Counted from the whole stretch's first letter, positions 1-12,464 are shown. The stretch: 63,637 nt of DNA, filler included, from Squatina squatina (GCA_031763465.1; 4 parts of 4 records of this genome joined end to end with filler, not necessarily neighbours in it); one strand, 5' to 3'. Program-made: numbers and translations. Notes: generated by a model not told the origin, from the sequence alone.

Positions 1-1501
1 TTAAAATAAATCCTTCTCTTTTCCAACATTAGGAAACTGGCACTGTGAACCTGGACTGTAAATGCATCTGCAATAAACAGGCACACTTAAAATTGGGAGA
101 AAATAAGATGGAACTGGCAGCATGTCTAGTGGGTAGAGTGATCCCACCTGTCTTGCCTCTTCTCCTGATGACAACAAAGGGGAGGTGGTGGGAGGACGGA
201 CACAAGAAATACCTGACACTGCACTCCCACTGGCCGGACAGCTGTCGCTTTCAAACAGGAAACTTACCAGGGGGCAAGCAGATGAGACGAACTTCATACG
301 GGCTTCATGCTGCCAAGGTCAGGACAGTTAGCCACCTGTAACAGCCTTCACCCACCCAACTCATGCCCTGATTTAAAATTGGGTCTTGTGTGACCGCAGA
401 AAAGCATCGTGTTTTGTCCTATGCTTATTTAGCAAAATGTATTTGACAAATCTTGGTTCATACTCACTATTATAGAATAGTTCACCAAAATAATCATTAC
501 AGCAAAATGTTGCTTACTGTTCTGGTTTCTGCGGAGGTGATGAAAATATACTTTATAGGCATTCTGTCATAATATTGGCACTTAAACATTTATACAGCTA
601 GAGGAGCATGTTAAGCAATGAAATATCACCAATTACATTTGTATTTTGACAAAATCAGACTAGATATTACTTTCCTATCTGCGTTATTAGGGAACGGGCC
701 TGATCTGTCTGTTTGACTTGTTGCAAATACAACTATTCTTTCGCGTCTCATTTTCAGTGGGGCAGAGCACCAGCCATCCATAATAGAAACATTTTTGCTG
801 CAAATATTTTTCTGACTTGAAATGTGTAAACTGCCTACTTAGGGCAAAGAAACTGACCATTGAAAAGTGGAACACATTTGTTAAATATTAACAAATCCCC
901 AGATTAATTTCAGTAAATATGTTTTCACGAGTGAAGGGCACATTAGAATTTTGGGAAGAAGTGGGGTAGATCACTGCAAAACCAGAGTAAATCTGCATCC
1001 ATCTGCACGGGAACAAAATCTCACCGATAGATCTTAAACTTGTAAAGGAATAAATACCAAGATCATTCTATACTGTTGATTGTGAAATAGTTTCTGGATG
1101 AGGGATAGCTGGAGTAGGGTTTGTACTTAGGTACAATTTGTTTGCTAGCATATTTAAGTTTAGATACCATTTCTACCTCTCCATAGAACATTAGACTATA
1201 AATATATTTTATTAAATCTTCATTTGCAATTTGACAGAATGCCTCTTTGCTTTGCTGCATGTTTGAGGAATTGTGTGTTCATTCTATTCTCAGCTATATC
1301 TGTAGTTTGCATCATTATTCAAACAAGTCTCTTTCGATGGTAAAACTAAAAATGATCAAGAGGAAATATGTAGAACTGAGTGAGAGCGACATTCCAGAAT
1401 GGAAGGAGTGAGTGGGTGAAACAACCTCTATTGGAAGGAGTGAATGAATGAGACTTTCTGGAACGGAAGGAATGAGACATTCTGGAATAGAAGTAGTGAA
1501 T

Positions 1502-1931
1502 TGGGTTGATTTTTGAGTTTTGCCTGACTGATGGGCGGAGCTCACAGCCAGAGTTTCGCACTTTAAATGAAGAAGCAGCAGTAATTTTGCTGCCTCATGG
1601 GTCTGCAAGCTGTGGGGCACCAACCTGGCATCTCGATGCAGTTCGCCTACCAATATTGGGCCACCCTGGGTGGCAGAAGGTTAAATGCAGTGGGGAGAGA
1701 GCCGCAATCGGGGAAGGGGGAATGGCAATCAAGGTGATAGGACCCTGATCTGATTGTTGAAATGGGCCTATCTCCTGAGCCTGGCAGACGCTTTGGGTGC
1801 ACAGCGATAGACCCGTTTGAAAATGGTGTTGGCTGCATCGTGGGGATTAACAGGGCGGTAAGGCTACCAATCACATTTTGAGGCTGCTACTGCCCCATTA
1901 ACACCAGGAGATACAAGTTGAAATCAACCCC
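1502..1931. mobile_element. MITE-like non-autonomous DNA transposon
   Basis: TIR GGGTTGATTT (1503-1512) / AAATCAACCC (1921-1930). It interrupts a degenerate GAGTGAG...GGAATGGAAG repeat that resumes after it. Confidence 0.55.
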
Positions 1932-2163
1932 AGTGAGTGAGACAACTGGAATGGAAAGAATGAGTGAGTGAGTGAAAAAAGCTGACAGAGTTGTAAGCAA
2001 GAGACAGTTAGAGAAAGTTAATGAGTAAAAAAGAGAGTATACTTAAAACAGAGAGGGTGAGTGNNNNNNNNNNNNNNNNNNNNNNNNNNNNNNNNNNNNN
2101 NNNNNNNNNNNNNNNNNNNNNNNNNNNNNNNNNNNNNNNNNNNNNNNNNNNNNNNNNNNNNNN

Positions 2164-2430
2164 TAACAGGAAGGGTGCATAATGGGCAGGGTGTATAATG
2201 GGCAGGGTGCATAACGGGCGACGTGTATAATGGGTGAGGTGTATAATGGGTAGGTGTATAATGGGTGAGGTGTATAACGGGCAGGGTGTATAATGGGCGG
2301 GTGTTTATCGGGGATGGTGTATAATGGGCGGGATGTATAACGGGCCGGGTGAATAACTGTCAGAGTGTGTAACGGATGGGTGTATAATGGGCAGGAGTAT
2401 ACCAGACGCTGTGTTTCATGGGTGAGGTGT
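2164..2430 (+). repeat. ~16-bp G-rich minisatellite (GGGTGTATAATGGGCA-like)
   Basis: Repeated GGTGTATAATGGG units directly visible; the array runs into a gap. Confidence 0.85.
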
Positions 2431-2614
2431 GTATTTAACGTGTGCAGCATATATTTTGTTTGAATGTATGTGATGTGTGGTGTATATTTTGTTTTTCAAA
2501 AATACTATTTTCAGGTATTTTCAATACTGTTTTGATGTGAGACTTCTCTTGGGTTTCTTTGTGTTATGTTGCTGTCTTCCAGTACCATTAGTTTCCTTGT
2601 TTTCCTGATTTCAG

Positions 2615-2768
2615 ATTCTCATAGAGTTGGAAACTGCTCTGCTGGATGATGAACCACACTGGTACAAACTCCAGACGCACGATGTTTCTTCAATGCCACT
2701 TCCTCAACCTTCACCGTATACGCCACGCAGACACCCACATGGTGAAAGCCCAACAAGGAGATTACAAA
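2615..2768 (+). CDS. RIMS2: RIMS2 internal exon (end of C2A domain)
   Basis: ttcag| ILIELETALLDDEPHWYKLQTHDVSSMPLPQPSPYTPRRHPHGESPTRRLQ |gtatgt. Matches the RIM C2A C-terminus; THDVSS and GESPTRRLQ are RIM2-type. Confidence 0.93.
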
Positions 2769-3297
2769 GTATGTTCAGTGATAGTAGGTTTTCTCTTTTT
2801 GTTTCCTGAAAAACAAGTTAGAGTTAATATACTTTGGATGCAATCTGGACTCATTAATGAATGTCATTGAAGTGTAATCCAACATCAATTGGGAATCAGA
2901 AACCGATCCCAATACTTTATGTCTAATAGATGTTTAAAAACACAGCACTTAAAAAGTAGGTTATAAGTTATTCAGTGACATAGGAATATGGGCCAGGGCC
3001 TGAATATTTATATCCCAATTGAGATTTTCTTTTTCACATCATCCTGCCACTATCGTATTAGTCAGGATTAGACATACATGGCACTGCCAGATAAGGAGCA
3101 ATATGTCCCTTGATTAAGGCATAAAAGGAACAAAATCAGGAAGGCATAAGGAAGAAGTGCTTTTCAAGCAGTGATGCATGGTCCTACAGAATGATGGACT
3201 GATTTGTTCCACTGCCTTATCAATCTCTGCCAAATTGCTGTTGAGGCCAAGCGATTCACCAGAAGGATGAATGGGTTAGGAAAGTTAACTTCAGGAG

Positions 3298-6146
3298 TCT
3301 CTTGTGCACCTCCATCTGGTGCACCTCTCTCTTGGGCATCTCCCACCTGTGCACCTCCCTCCTGCACAGGACTCACCTGTGCACATGCCACCTGTGCACA
3401 TCTCTCTTCTGCAAATATCTCATGTGCACCACCCTCCTGTGCACATCCCTCCTGTGCACCTCCCCTCTTTGCACATNNNNNNNNNNNNNNNNNNNNNNNN
3501 NNNNNNNNNNNNNNNNNNNNNNNNNNNNNNNNNNNNNNNNNNNNNNNNNNNNNNNNNNNNNNNNNNNNNNNNNNNNACCTTCCTGCTGTGTCCCTCTCTC
3601 CTTTGCACCTCCATCCTGAGCAGCCCCCTCCTGTGCATATTTCTCCAGTGCACTTCCCTCATGAGCACATCTCTCCTGTGCACATCCCTCCAATGCACCT
3701 CCCTCCTGTGCAAATCCCACCTGAGCACATCCCTCCCGTGCCCATCCCTCCTCTCACCTCCCTCCAGTGCACCTCCCTCCTGTGCACATCTCTCCTGAGC
3801 ACCTCCCTCCTGTGCACATCCCTCCTGTGCACCTCCCCCCTGACCAGCTCCCTCCTGTGCTCCTCTCACCTGTGCACAGCCCTCCTGTGCACCTCCCTTC
3901 TGTGCACATCCATCCTGTGCATCTCCCTCCTGTGCCCCTCTCTCCTGTGCACCTCCCTCCTGAGCAGCTCCATCCTGTGCATCTCCCTCCTGTGCCCCTC
4001 TCTCCTATGCACATCAATGCTGTGCCCCACCCTTCTGTGCACATCTCTCCTGTGCATATCCCTCCTGTGCACCCGTCTCCTGAGCATTTCCCTCCTGAGC
4101 ATCTCCCTCCTGTGCATATCCAACCTGTGCAAATCTCTGCTGTACACATCCACCTGTGCACATCACTCTGGTGCCCCTCTCTCCTGGGCACCTCCCACCT
4201 TTGCACCCCCCACCTTTGCACAGCACCCACCTGTGCACATCCCTCCTGTGCTCATCCCTCTGGTGCACCTCTCCCCTGAGCACCTCACTGCTGTGCACCT
4301 CCTTCCTATGCACCTCCCTCCTGTGCAAATCTCTGCAGAGCACATTCCTCCTGTCCACATCCCTCCTGTGCACATGCCACCTGTGCAGATCTCTCTTCTG
4401 CAAATATCTCATGTGCACCACCCTCCTGTGCACATCCCTCCTGTGCACCTCCCCTCTTTGCACATCTCTCCTGTGCACATTCCTCCTGAGCTTATCCATC
4501 CTCTGCTCCTCCCTCCTGTGCACATCCCTCCTGTTCACATCCCTCCTGTGAAACTCTCACCTGTGAAATTCCCTCCTGTGCACCTCCCTCCTCTGCACCT
4601 TCCTGCTGTGTCCCTCTCTCCTTTGCACCTCCATCCTGAGCAGCCCCCTCCTGTGCATATTTCTCCAGTGCACCTCCCTCCTGTGCACATCCCTTCTGTG
4701 CACATCTCTCTTGTGCACCTCTCTCCTGTGCACCTCCCACCTGTGCACTTCCCTCCTGTGCACAACCCTCCTGAGCATCTCCCTTCTATGAACATCTTTC
4801 CTCTGCACCTCCCTACTGTGCACAACCCTCCTGAGCACATCCCTGCTATGCACATCCTTCCTCTGTACCTCCCTCCTGTGCACAACCCTCCTGAGCACAT
4901 CCCTGCTATGCACATCCTTCCTGTGCACCTCCCTCCTGTGCACATCCCTCCTGTGCACCTCTCTCCTGTGCACATCCCTCCTGTGCACCTCTCTCCTGTG
5001 CACATCCCTCCTGTGCACCTCTCTCCTTTGGACATCCCTACTGTGCGCCTCCCTCCGGTGCACATCCCTCCTGTGCACCTCTCTCCTGTGCACATCCCTC
5101 CTGTGCACCTCTGTGCTGTGAAAATCCCACCTGTTCACATCCCTCCTGGGCATCACCCTCCTGTGCACCTCTCTCCTTTGCACATCCCTCTTGTATCCCT
5201 CTATCCTGTGCACTCCCTCCTGTGCACATCCCTCTGGTGCCCCTCTCTCCTGGGCACCTGCCACCTGTGCACCTCCCACCTTTGCACAGCACCCACCTGT
5301 GCACATCACAAATGTGCACGTCCCACCTGTGCACAGCCCTCCTGTGCACAGCCCTCCTGTGCAAATCTCTGCGGAGCACATCCCTCCTGTTCACATCCCT
5401 CTGGTGTACCTCTTTCCTGGGCACCTTCCACCTGTGCACATCCCTCCTGTGCAAATCTCTTCTTTGCACATCTCTCCTGTGCACCTCTCCCCTTTGCACA
5501 TCTCTCCTTTGCACCTCTCTCCTGGGCACCTCCCACCTGTATACTTCACTCCTGTGCAAATCTCTTCTTTGCACATCTCTCCTGTGCAAATCTCTCCTTT
5601 GCACATCTCTCCTGTGCACCTCTCTCCTTTGCTCATCTCTCCTGTGCACCTCTCTCCTTTGCACATCACTCCTGTGCACCTCTCTCCTTTGCACATTCCT
5701 CCTGTGCACCTCTCTCCTTTGCACATCTCTCCTGTGCACCTCTCTCCTTTGCACATTCCTCCTGTGCACCTCGCATCTTCACACCTCTCTCCTGTGTACA
5801 TTCCTCCTGAGCTCATCCATTTTCTGCTCGTCCCTCCTGTTCACATCCCACCTGTGCACATCCCTCCTGTGCACATCCCTCTGGTGCCCCTCTCCACTGG
5901 GCACCTCCCACCTTTGCATCCCCCACCTTTGCACAGCACCCACCTGTGCACATCCCTCCTATGCACCTCCCACCTTTGTACATCCCTCCTGTGCTCATCC
6001 CTCTGATCCACCTCTCCCCTGAGCACCTCACTGCTGTGCACATCCTTCCTGTGCACCTCTCTCCTGTGCAAGTCTCTGCGGAGCACATTCCTCCTGTCCA
6101 AATCCCTCCTGTGCACTTGCCACCTGTGCACATCTCTCTTCTGCAA
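3298..6146 (+). repeat. 15-bp minisatellite (CCTCCTGTGCACATC-like), intronic in RIMS2
   Basis: Long array of 15-nt units around a GTGCAC core, with duplicated variant blocks. It generates spurious PVH/CTS ORFs. Confidence 0.95.
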
Positions 6147-6413
6147 NNNNNNNNNNNNNNNNNNNNNNNNNNNNNNNNNNNNNNNNNNNNNNNNNNNNNN
6201 NNNNNNNNNNNNNNNNNNNNNNNNNNNNNNNNNNNNNNNNNNNNNNAATCTATCTACTAATAAATTATCTGCTAGCATGTCATATCAGCATTGTTTATAT
6301 CTTCTAACAAACACTGCACAATAACTGTTCATTTCCATTATGTGGCTAGAATGTATGTTTTTTGCTACATCATTTTTTTCATTCTGTGTCCCATTCTGAA
6401 ATTTATTTTCCAG

Positions 6414-6440
6414 ATACAGGTCCATATGCATTAAATTCAG
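6414..6440 (+). CDS. Candidate 27-nt RIMS2 microexon (DTGPYALNS)
   Basis: ttttccag|ATACAGGTCCATATGCATTAAATTCAG|gtaaat. Frame-preserving, with downstream GCATG and TGCATG motifs. Confidence 0.45.
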
Positions 6441-7196
6441 GTAAATGACTAGCATGAATCAATGGATTAAAGAGATAAAAGCACTTGTTGGTGTGTTAGA
6501 CATCACATGAGAGAGTGACTGTTTCAGAGTGCTCTGCCTGTGCATGTAGATAGATTCTAAGATACTAGATCAGTTCTCCTTCTTACCCAAGCTTCAATTC
6601 CCATCTTAATCCTGAATGAATTTCTTTGCTGCCGCCATTAATGTTACTTCTAATGTAGTTTGTGTGCAGTATATAAGTGAGCGCTCCAACAACCAGGCCT
6701 TCACAATTTTGAAGTGCTTGTGAGTGAGTTTTCCACACCTGCTGCAACAGGTCTTGAAGATTTATTTCCTAAAGCCGAATATAACTCTAATAGAATCGGA
6801 ACTTATTTGACTATATTTTTTGACTTAAGTAGNNNNNNNNNNNNNNNNNNNNNNNNNNNNNNNNNNNNNNNNNNNNNNNNNNNNNNNNNNNNNNNNNNNN
6901 NNNNNNNNNNNNNNNNNNNNNNNNNNNNNNNNAGCTCCCGTGCAGCCTGCTCACCGGCATTTAAACAGGAAAAATCGCGCAGGTGGGTATTTTGAATAGG
7001 CCACGCAGCGTGCACTGAAAAAAAATTAAAGGGATAATTACACCCCACCCAATTTAAAAAAAAAACTAATGTAATGTAAAACCGAATTGTCAAAAAGAGT
7101 AATATCTCTGTATTTGTGTTACTGATCATTATAGAGATCAAGCTGGTTTCTTAAATTCTCAGCAGACTGCTACAGTAGTTGATTTGTGTTTTGCAG

Positions 7197-7310
7197 AAGC
7201 TCAGAGCTGGGTCCTCGAAGCAGTCGCTGTTCTCCTCAACAGTACAACACCATCAGCCGAATGGACAGACACAGGATGCTGGATGACCACTATTCTCCAG
7301 AGAGGGAGAG
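7197..7310 (+). CDS. RIMS2: RIMS2 internal exon
   Basis: ttgcag| SSELGPRSSRCSPQQYNTISRMDRHRMLDDHYSPERE |gtaatt. Matches RIM2 YNTISRMDRHRVMDDHYSPDRD; 114 nt, phase 2-2. Confidence 0.9.
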
Positions 7311-8138
7311 GTAATTAGAAATTGTTATCTGTTCTTGTTCAGGAAAATTTGTGATATCTTTAAATGCGTAACCAGCTCAACATAGTTATAAGCTAGTGTG
7401 GGCAACTAATGCTTAGTGCTTGAGTCCTTTAAGTATTCAATATCTTTGAAAGCTTTCAAAGTTGATGCATATGTTTTGGTCCTGTATAATGTCTTCAAAA
7501 TTAATCTCTTATAGAGTTCTGATAGCAAGAATTTAAAAAGATAGAATTACAAAATTTTGCGGTACCACAGGCCTCCTTTTAATTAACGTGACTGGATTGA
7601 CTACATTTCTAAAATAAAGTGCAACATTACTGGTGTTTATTTTAAATGCAGTCACCACCCTCAAAGTGTTAATGAGCAGTAATTTTGCTATATCTTTTTA
7701 AAAAATGGGCATAAACATGGTAGTTAGAAAATGCAGTCTGTCTAATCTCCAGATTTACTCAGGTTTAAAGTTGAGTTGTAGATATCCAAAATGATGTAGT
7801 ATAGGACTATATATCTTGCCTTGATTCTAAGATTACCACTGTATTCAGCATTCACTTTAATTTCTTAAGCTTTCAGTGTTTTCATCTGGTACCCCTGAAA
7901 GAATGTTAACCCTATAACTGCACAGAATAGTGGAGTATTTGATNNNNNNNNNNNNNNNNNNNNNNNNNNNNNNNNNNNNNNNNNNNNNNNNNNNNNNNNN
8001 NNNNNNNNNNNNNNNNNNNNNNNNNNNNNNNNNNNNNNNNNNNTTTTCCTTTTATCGTGTGACTTACCACCTGTACAAGTTTCCTTTATCCTGAGGAACA
8101 GGCAAGCAACTTAGGTTTTGTGGAATGTAGAAGACAAT

Positions 8139-8331
8139 TAGGTGGTAACTTCAACCTATCTCGCTAGGCGGGAAACCCATGGGATCGGGGGCAATGCTGG
8201 TTTTGCTCTCTGACTGATTTTACTCCCCACTGAAGTCAGCGAAGAATAATATCAGGCGGGGTGTAAATCCAGCGTTCCATCCGATCCCGTCAATTTTCCA
8301 ATCGACAGGTTATGTTAAAACTGTCCTCCTA
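8139..8331. mobile_element. Degenerate palindromic MITE
   Basis: Imperfect inverted arms, e.g. GGGATCGG ... CCGATCCC, and complementary termini. Confidence 0.4.
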
Positions 8332-8340
8332 ATATTGCTC

Positions 8341-8660
8341 CATAAGAACATAAGAAATAGGAGCAGGAGTTGGCCCCTTGAGCTTGCTCCACCATTCAAT
8401 AAGGAAGTGGCTGATTATCTACCTCAACTCCACTTTCCTGCACTATCCCCATATCCCTTGATTCCCTTAATATCCAAAAATCTTTCAATCTCTGTCCTGA
8501 ATGTACTCAATGACTGAGCATCCACAGAATTCCAAAGATTCACCACCCTCTGAGTGAAGACATTTCTCCTCATTTCAGTCCTAAATGGCCGACCCCTTAT
8601 TCTGAGACTGTGACCCCAGGATCCAGACTCCCCAGCCAGGGGAAACATCCTCCCTGCATT
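8341..8660 (-). mobile_element. CR1-type LINE 3' end
   Basis: CATAAGAA tail repeats. Reverse ORF2 C-terminus GHSLRIRGRPFRTEMRRNVFTQRVVNLWNS. Confidence 0.85.
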
Positions 8661-8999
8661 CCTGCAGAAACTATATTGTCAGTATCTTGCCATAAGGCAG
8701 AGAACAAACCATCAATGTTCCCCTGAAATGCACTAAACAAGTCATGTATAGAATGAGGAGGTGGAACTATAAGCCTTGCAGAGTTATCAAATATGCAGGA
8801 GCATTGGCAATGGCTCCCCCAGTGCCCAAGTGGGGTAAACTGTGGTTCTACTCTCACAAGTCCCAATGTTCACTGATTTCAGTTCTCACAGTGGAAGTGG
8901 AGGAGGAAGAGCTGCAGGTATGTCCCCACAAATCAGGTGGGAATAGAATCGGTTTCAGCAATGATATTCCCAGAATTAAATAGCTTTGTGTGATCTTTT

Positions 9000-9535
9000 C
9001 AAAGAAATACCCATTTTACTGAATTGAAGGCAAATTATTGATCTGGTTATGAGATTGGTTAGAAAGTAGAAGGCAGAGTAGAGTGTAGTGATAATGGTAA
9101 TGTACTCAAATTGGAAGGAAATGACTAGTGATGTCCCACAAGGATCTCTTGAAAAAAGAAGGCTGAGGGGTGACCTAATAGAGGTCTTTAAAATTATGAA
9201 AGGTTTTGATAGAGTGGATACAGAGAGGATGTTTCCATTTGTGGGAAAAGCATATCTCGAGGCCATCAACATAAGGTAGTCACCAAGAAATCCAATAGGG
9301 AATTCAGAAGAAACTTCTTTACCCAAAGAGTGGTGAGAATGTGGAACACAAGGAGTGGTGAGGCGAATCTTATAGATACGTTTAAGGGAAGGATAGACAA
9401 GCACATGAGGGAGAAAGGAATAGAGGGTTATGCTGATAAATTTAGATGAGGAAAGACGGGAGAAGCCTCGAGTGGAGCATAAATGCATGGACTGGCTGGG
9501 CAGAATGGCCTGTTCCGGTGCCGTATATCTTATGT
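9000..9535 (+). mobile_element. CR1-type LINE fragments with internal deletion
   Basis: SNWKEMTSDVPQGS joined directly to LEKRRLRGDLIEVFKIMKGFDRVD, followed by 3' UTR. Confidence 0.8.
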
Positions 9536-10843
9536 AATCTGCCTCTCATCATTAATATTTTTTGTAGAAACTGAAATGTTGTTCATTGTATCAAGGATGA
9601 TTGTTAATTAATTTCAGCCGTTACTTCCAGTGTAGGGAACGGGTGAATGTGGTATTCTCTCAAAAGCCAGTCAAGGCAATACTGGATAATTGCTATTGTT
9701 TAAGGTAAAAATCAGCAGTTTCAGAGAGAAGTGTTGACAGCTGATGTTTATTTAATCAAATTGCCCATTTAAAGTTTGCCAGTATATTCACAGACTGGAA
9801 GCATAGTTGCTGTTTGGAGTCGGAGTAGGGGAAGAAATTTTAATGTTACTTGTTTGCAGTTTTTTTTTCTTAGTGGCCCAGGCCTTCCTCTATGTATCCG
9901 TGTTCCCACCGCCTCCCCCGCCCCCCATGATGTATGCCTGGGCTTTTTCCTGTTGAGGACCCAGGTTCTTGGTCGGTAGAGCTGTCCAGCATCCTTCGTT
10001 GCATGTCCTCTTCTTCTTCTTTAGTAACTCCCAGAGGGATGATGCATGATGTAATGTGCTTAAACTCTAAACTCACTAACTCACAAAGTGGCAAGATACA
10101 CCTTTGTGAATGCAACTCTGCACATGGCGAGGATCAGGTCTTAATAATGCCAGCATGATGGAGGTGCCATCATGTACTTCCGCACAGGGAGGATATGAAA
10201 ATCAGAGGGTCAATCACCCTGGGCTATTGTGGTGCATCGTTTTGTGCCCGCATAGATAGTGAACTGGGAAAAGGTTTGCCTCCCATCCGTCATTTTGGTT
10301 GGGGTGGTATATGGTACATGGAGACTCCACAGAAAGGTTAAATAATTTTTTTTTAAAAATAGCAATAACCCCTCTCTCCCATCCCAGAAACAATAGCCCT
10401 GAATCGGGCTCAGTTTCCCAGGTGTGTGACCTTGCTGTAGGCCAGTTAACCAGGTGTATCTAGGCTCATCTTTGTTGGCTTGGATATTCTCTCTTTTGAT
10501 CCTGTGTTTTAAAGAACCTTCTGAAAGCAAGCTTCTCACGAGCTTATTGTAGTGTTAGTCGTATAATTTGTGACTGAAACAAATGCAGTGTTACTAAAAG
10601 TAACTTTGATATAAAGAACTGATTGTTCCAAGCTGCTAGATTGCCTTCACTAAAAAAAATTATTTCGCAGCATTTAAGCTCCAGCTTGCTTTTAATTATA
10701 GACTATAACCTTCTCACACATACTGTTCATCATATTTCTCTCCATTTTCTTCTCTTTTCTGCTCACTGGTGCTGCTGACCTCTATCCCCTTTCTTCAAAT
10801 GCCATACATTTGTCTTTTCCATTCTCCCCCCACATCGCTGCAG

Positions 10844-10909
10844 TCAGTATCTTACACTACCTCGGTCCAGACACAGTCATGTCATCGAGCATCATCACAA
10901 GGATTTCAG
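10844..10909 (+). CDS. RIMS2: RIMS2 66-nt cassette exon
   Basis: ctgcag| SQYLTLPRSRHSHVIEHHHKDFR |gtatac. Resembles the RIM2 alternative exon SHFLTLPRSRH...EHHHRDGR; phase 2-2; TGCATG at 10964-10969. Confidence 0.8.
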
Positions 10910-12464
10910 GTATACTGTAACATGGGTGTGTTGGTGTGTCTTTTTATTATGTGTGACTATGTATGCATGTATGTATGGGCATTATGACTAGGAATGAGCA
11001 TCCTGGATAAATTCAAACTCCAGGTTCGAATCTGGAGTCTTCAGACAGCAAGTGAAAGTGAAAGTTTCAAATTTAAAAAGGCTTGGCTTCCCAATGGAAC
11101 AGAGGCACCATTAGACTGCTAAAATCACACTCGAACAATTTGTACTTATCTACATACCACCTCCAACATGGGATCCTTGGGCGCTTGGATACATCCCCAC
11201 TGGTAGAGCTCAAGGGATTATTAAACACGACCTATTCCTGTTCGATTATAATGAAACATCGACATGGAGTGCTAAACAACAGATTAATCATGAATGTAAT
11301 GATGGAAAATAAAAATACCACCCGCCTTATAAAGCCCAGCCACTATCCATTGTGGAAGGTTTTGGAAAGCTGAAAACGGTGTCGCATTTGAGCAGAGAAA
11401 CATCTCCATCAATTTTAAAAAGGGACATGCCACTGAAAGTATATTNNNNNNNNNNNNNNNNNNNNNNNNNNNNNNNNNTTGTACCTGAATGCAATATTTA
11501 AGCCCTCAAGAGATCCAAATGATGCATTTTGGAACACTTAAGACTACCCGGTCAGGTTGCTCATCCCTAATTATGATTCATTTTGAACTTATCTCTTTTT
11601 CTTTTTTCTTAAGCTTGAAAATAAATGAGTCCAGTGTACTTCTGTCGGAATGATGTGATTGAGGTTTCAAGAACTAATTAAACTTTATAGAAGATTATTT
11701 TTGTTGTACAGAATTGCTTAAAAATTGCACATTGCAGACAAAAAGAAAAACTATGAACAATGGAATTCTGAAATTAGAACAGAAAATGCTGTGCATTCGC
11801 AGCAGATCAGTCAGCTTCTGAGAAAAAGAAGAAAAGAAAGGTTGAGCTAGGGCGATAAATCCGGCATGAACCTGTGTTCTCTTTTCAGAGGCTGATGGAC
11901 CTGCTGCGATTTTAAAGAGCGTTATTTTGTCCAGGAATATAGGACAAAATCATAGGATTTTAGGATTGCTGGGATATTTATTTATTCAGGCAATGGTAAA
12001 ATGTCATCATTTTTGTGGCAACAAGAGAACTGTGAAGTAGGTAAAGCATTCTGTGTGCTGTGGTAGAGGCTCCCAGCTTTTGTTCTTTACATCATCCTCT
12101 GTAACCACAATTTAACTTATAGCGGGACTTTCACCAGTGCTACAAATCAATTTTGTGCAAGTGTGATTAACATTCTGTTTCTTTTGTCCATTCCTTTCTG
12201 TTGATTTTTAANNNNNNNNNNTGAATGAGTGAAATGGGTAGGAGGAGTTGCTGAGTCTAACAGAGCGAAGGACTGAATTAACATTGATAGACAAATTGGT
12301 TAGTCCATGGTTGAATCAGCAATCTTGTCATTTCATGAACTTCTCCTAGCCAGTTTTCTCTGATAAGATATTAAAACATTCTCCTGTATCAGTCATTTTA
12401 CTCACAGTTGTAATCTTGTGTGGTGTTTCACGAGTGTTCTTTGGTGTGCTTATTCCCTCACAAA

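Noticed and set aside
3204-5810. 868-aa Pro/His/Cys-rich ORF and its overlapping ORFs
   Set aside because: Product of a stop-poor 15-bp minisatellite. It spans a gap, switches repeat frame, is open on both strands and lies in a RIMS2 intron.
8883-8917. AG...GCAG|gtatgt exon-like segment between RIMS2 exons
   Set aside because: 35 or 26 nt, so not frame-preserving between phase-2 exons; no RIM similarity.
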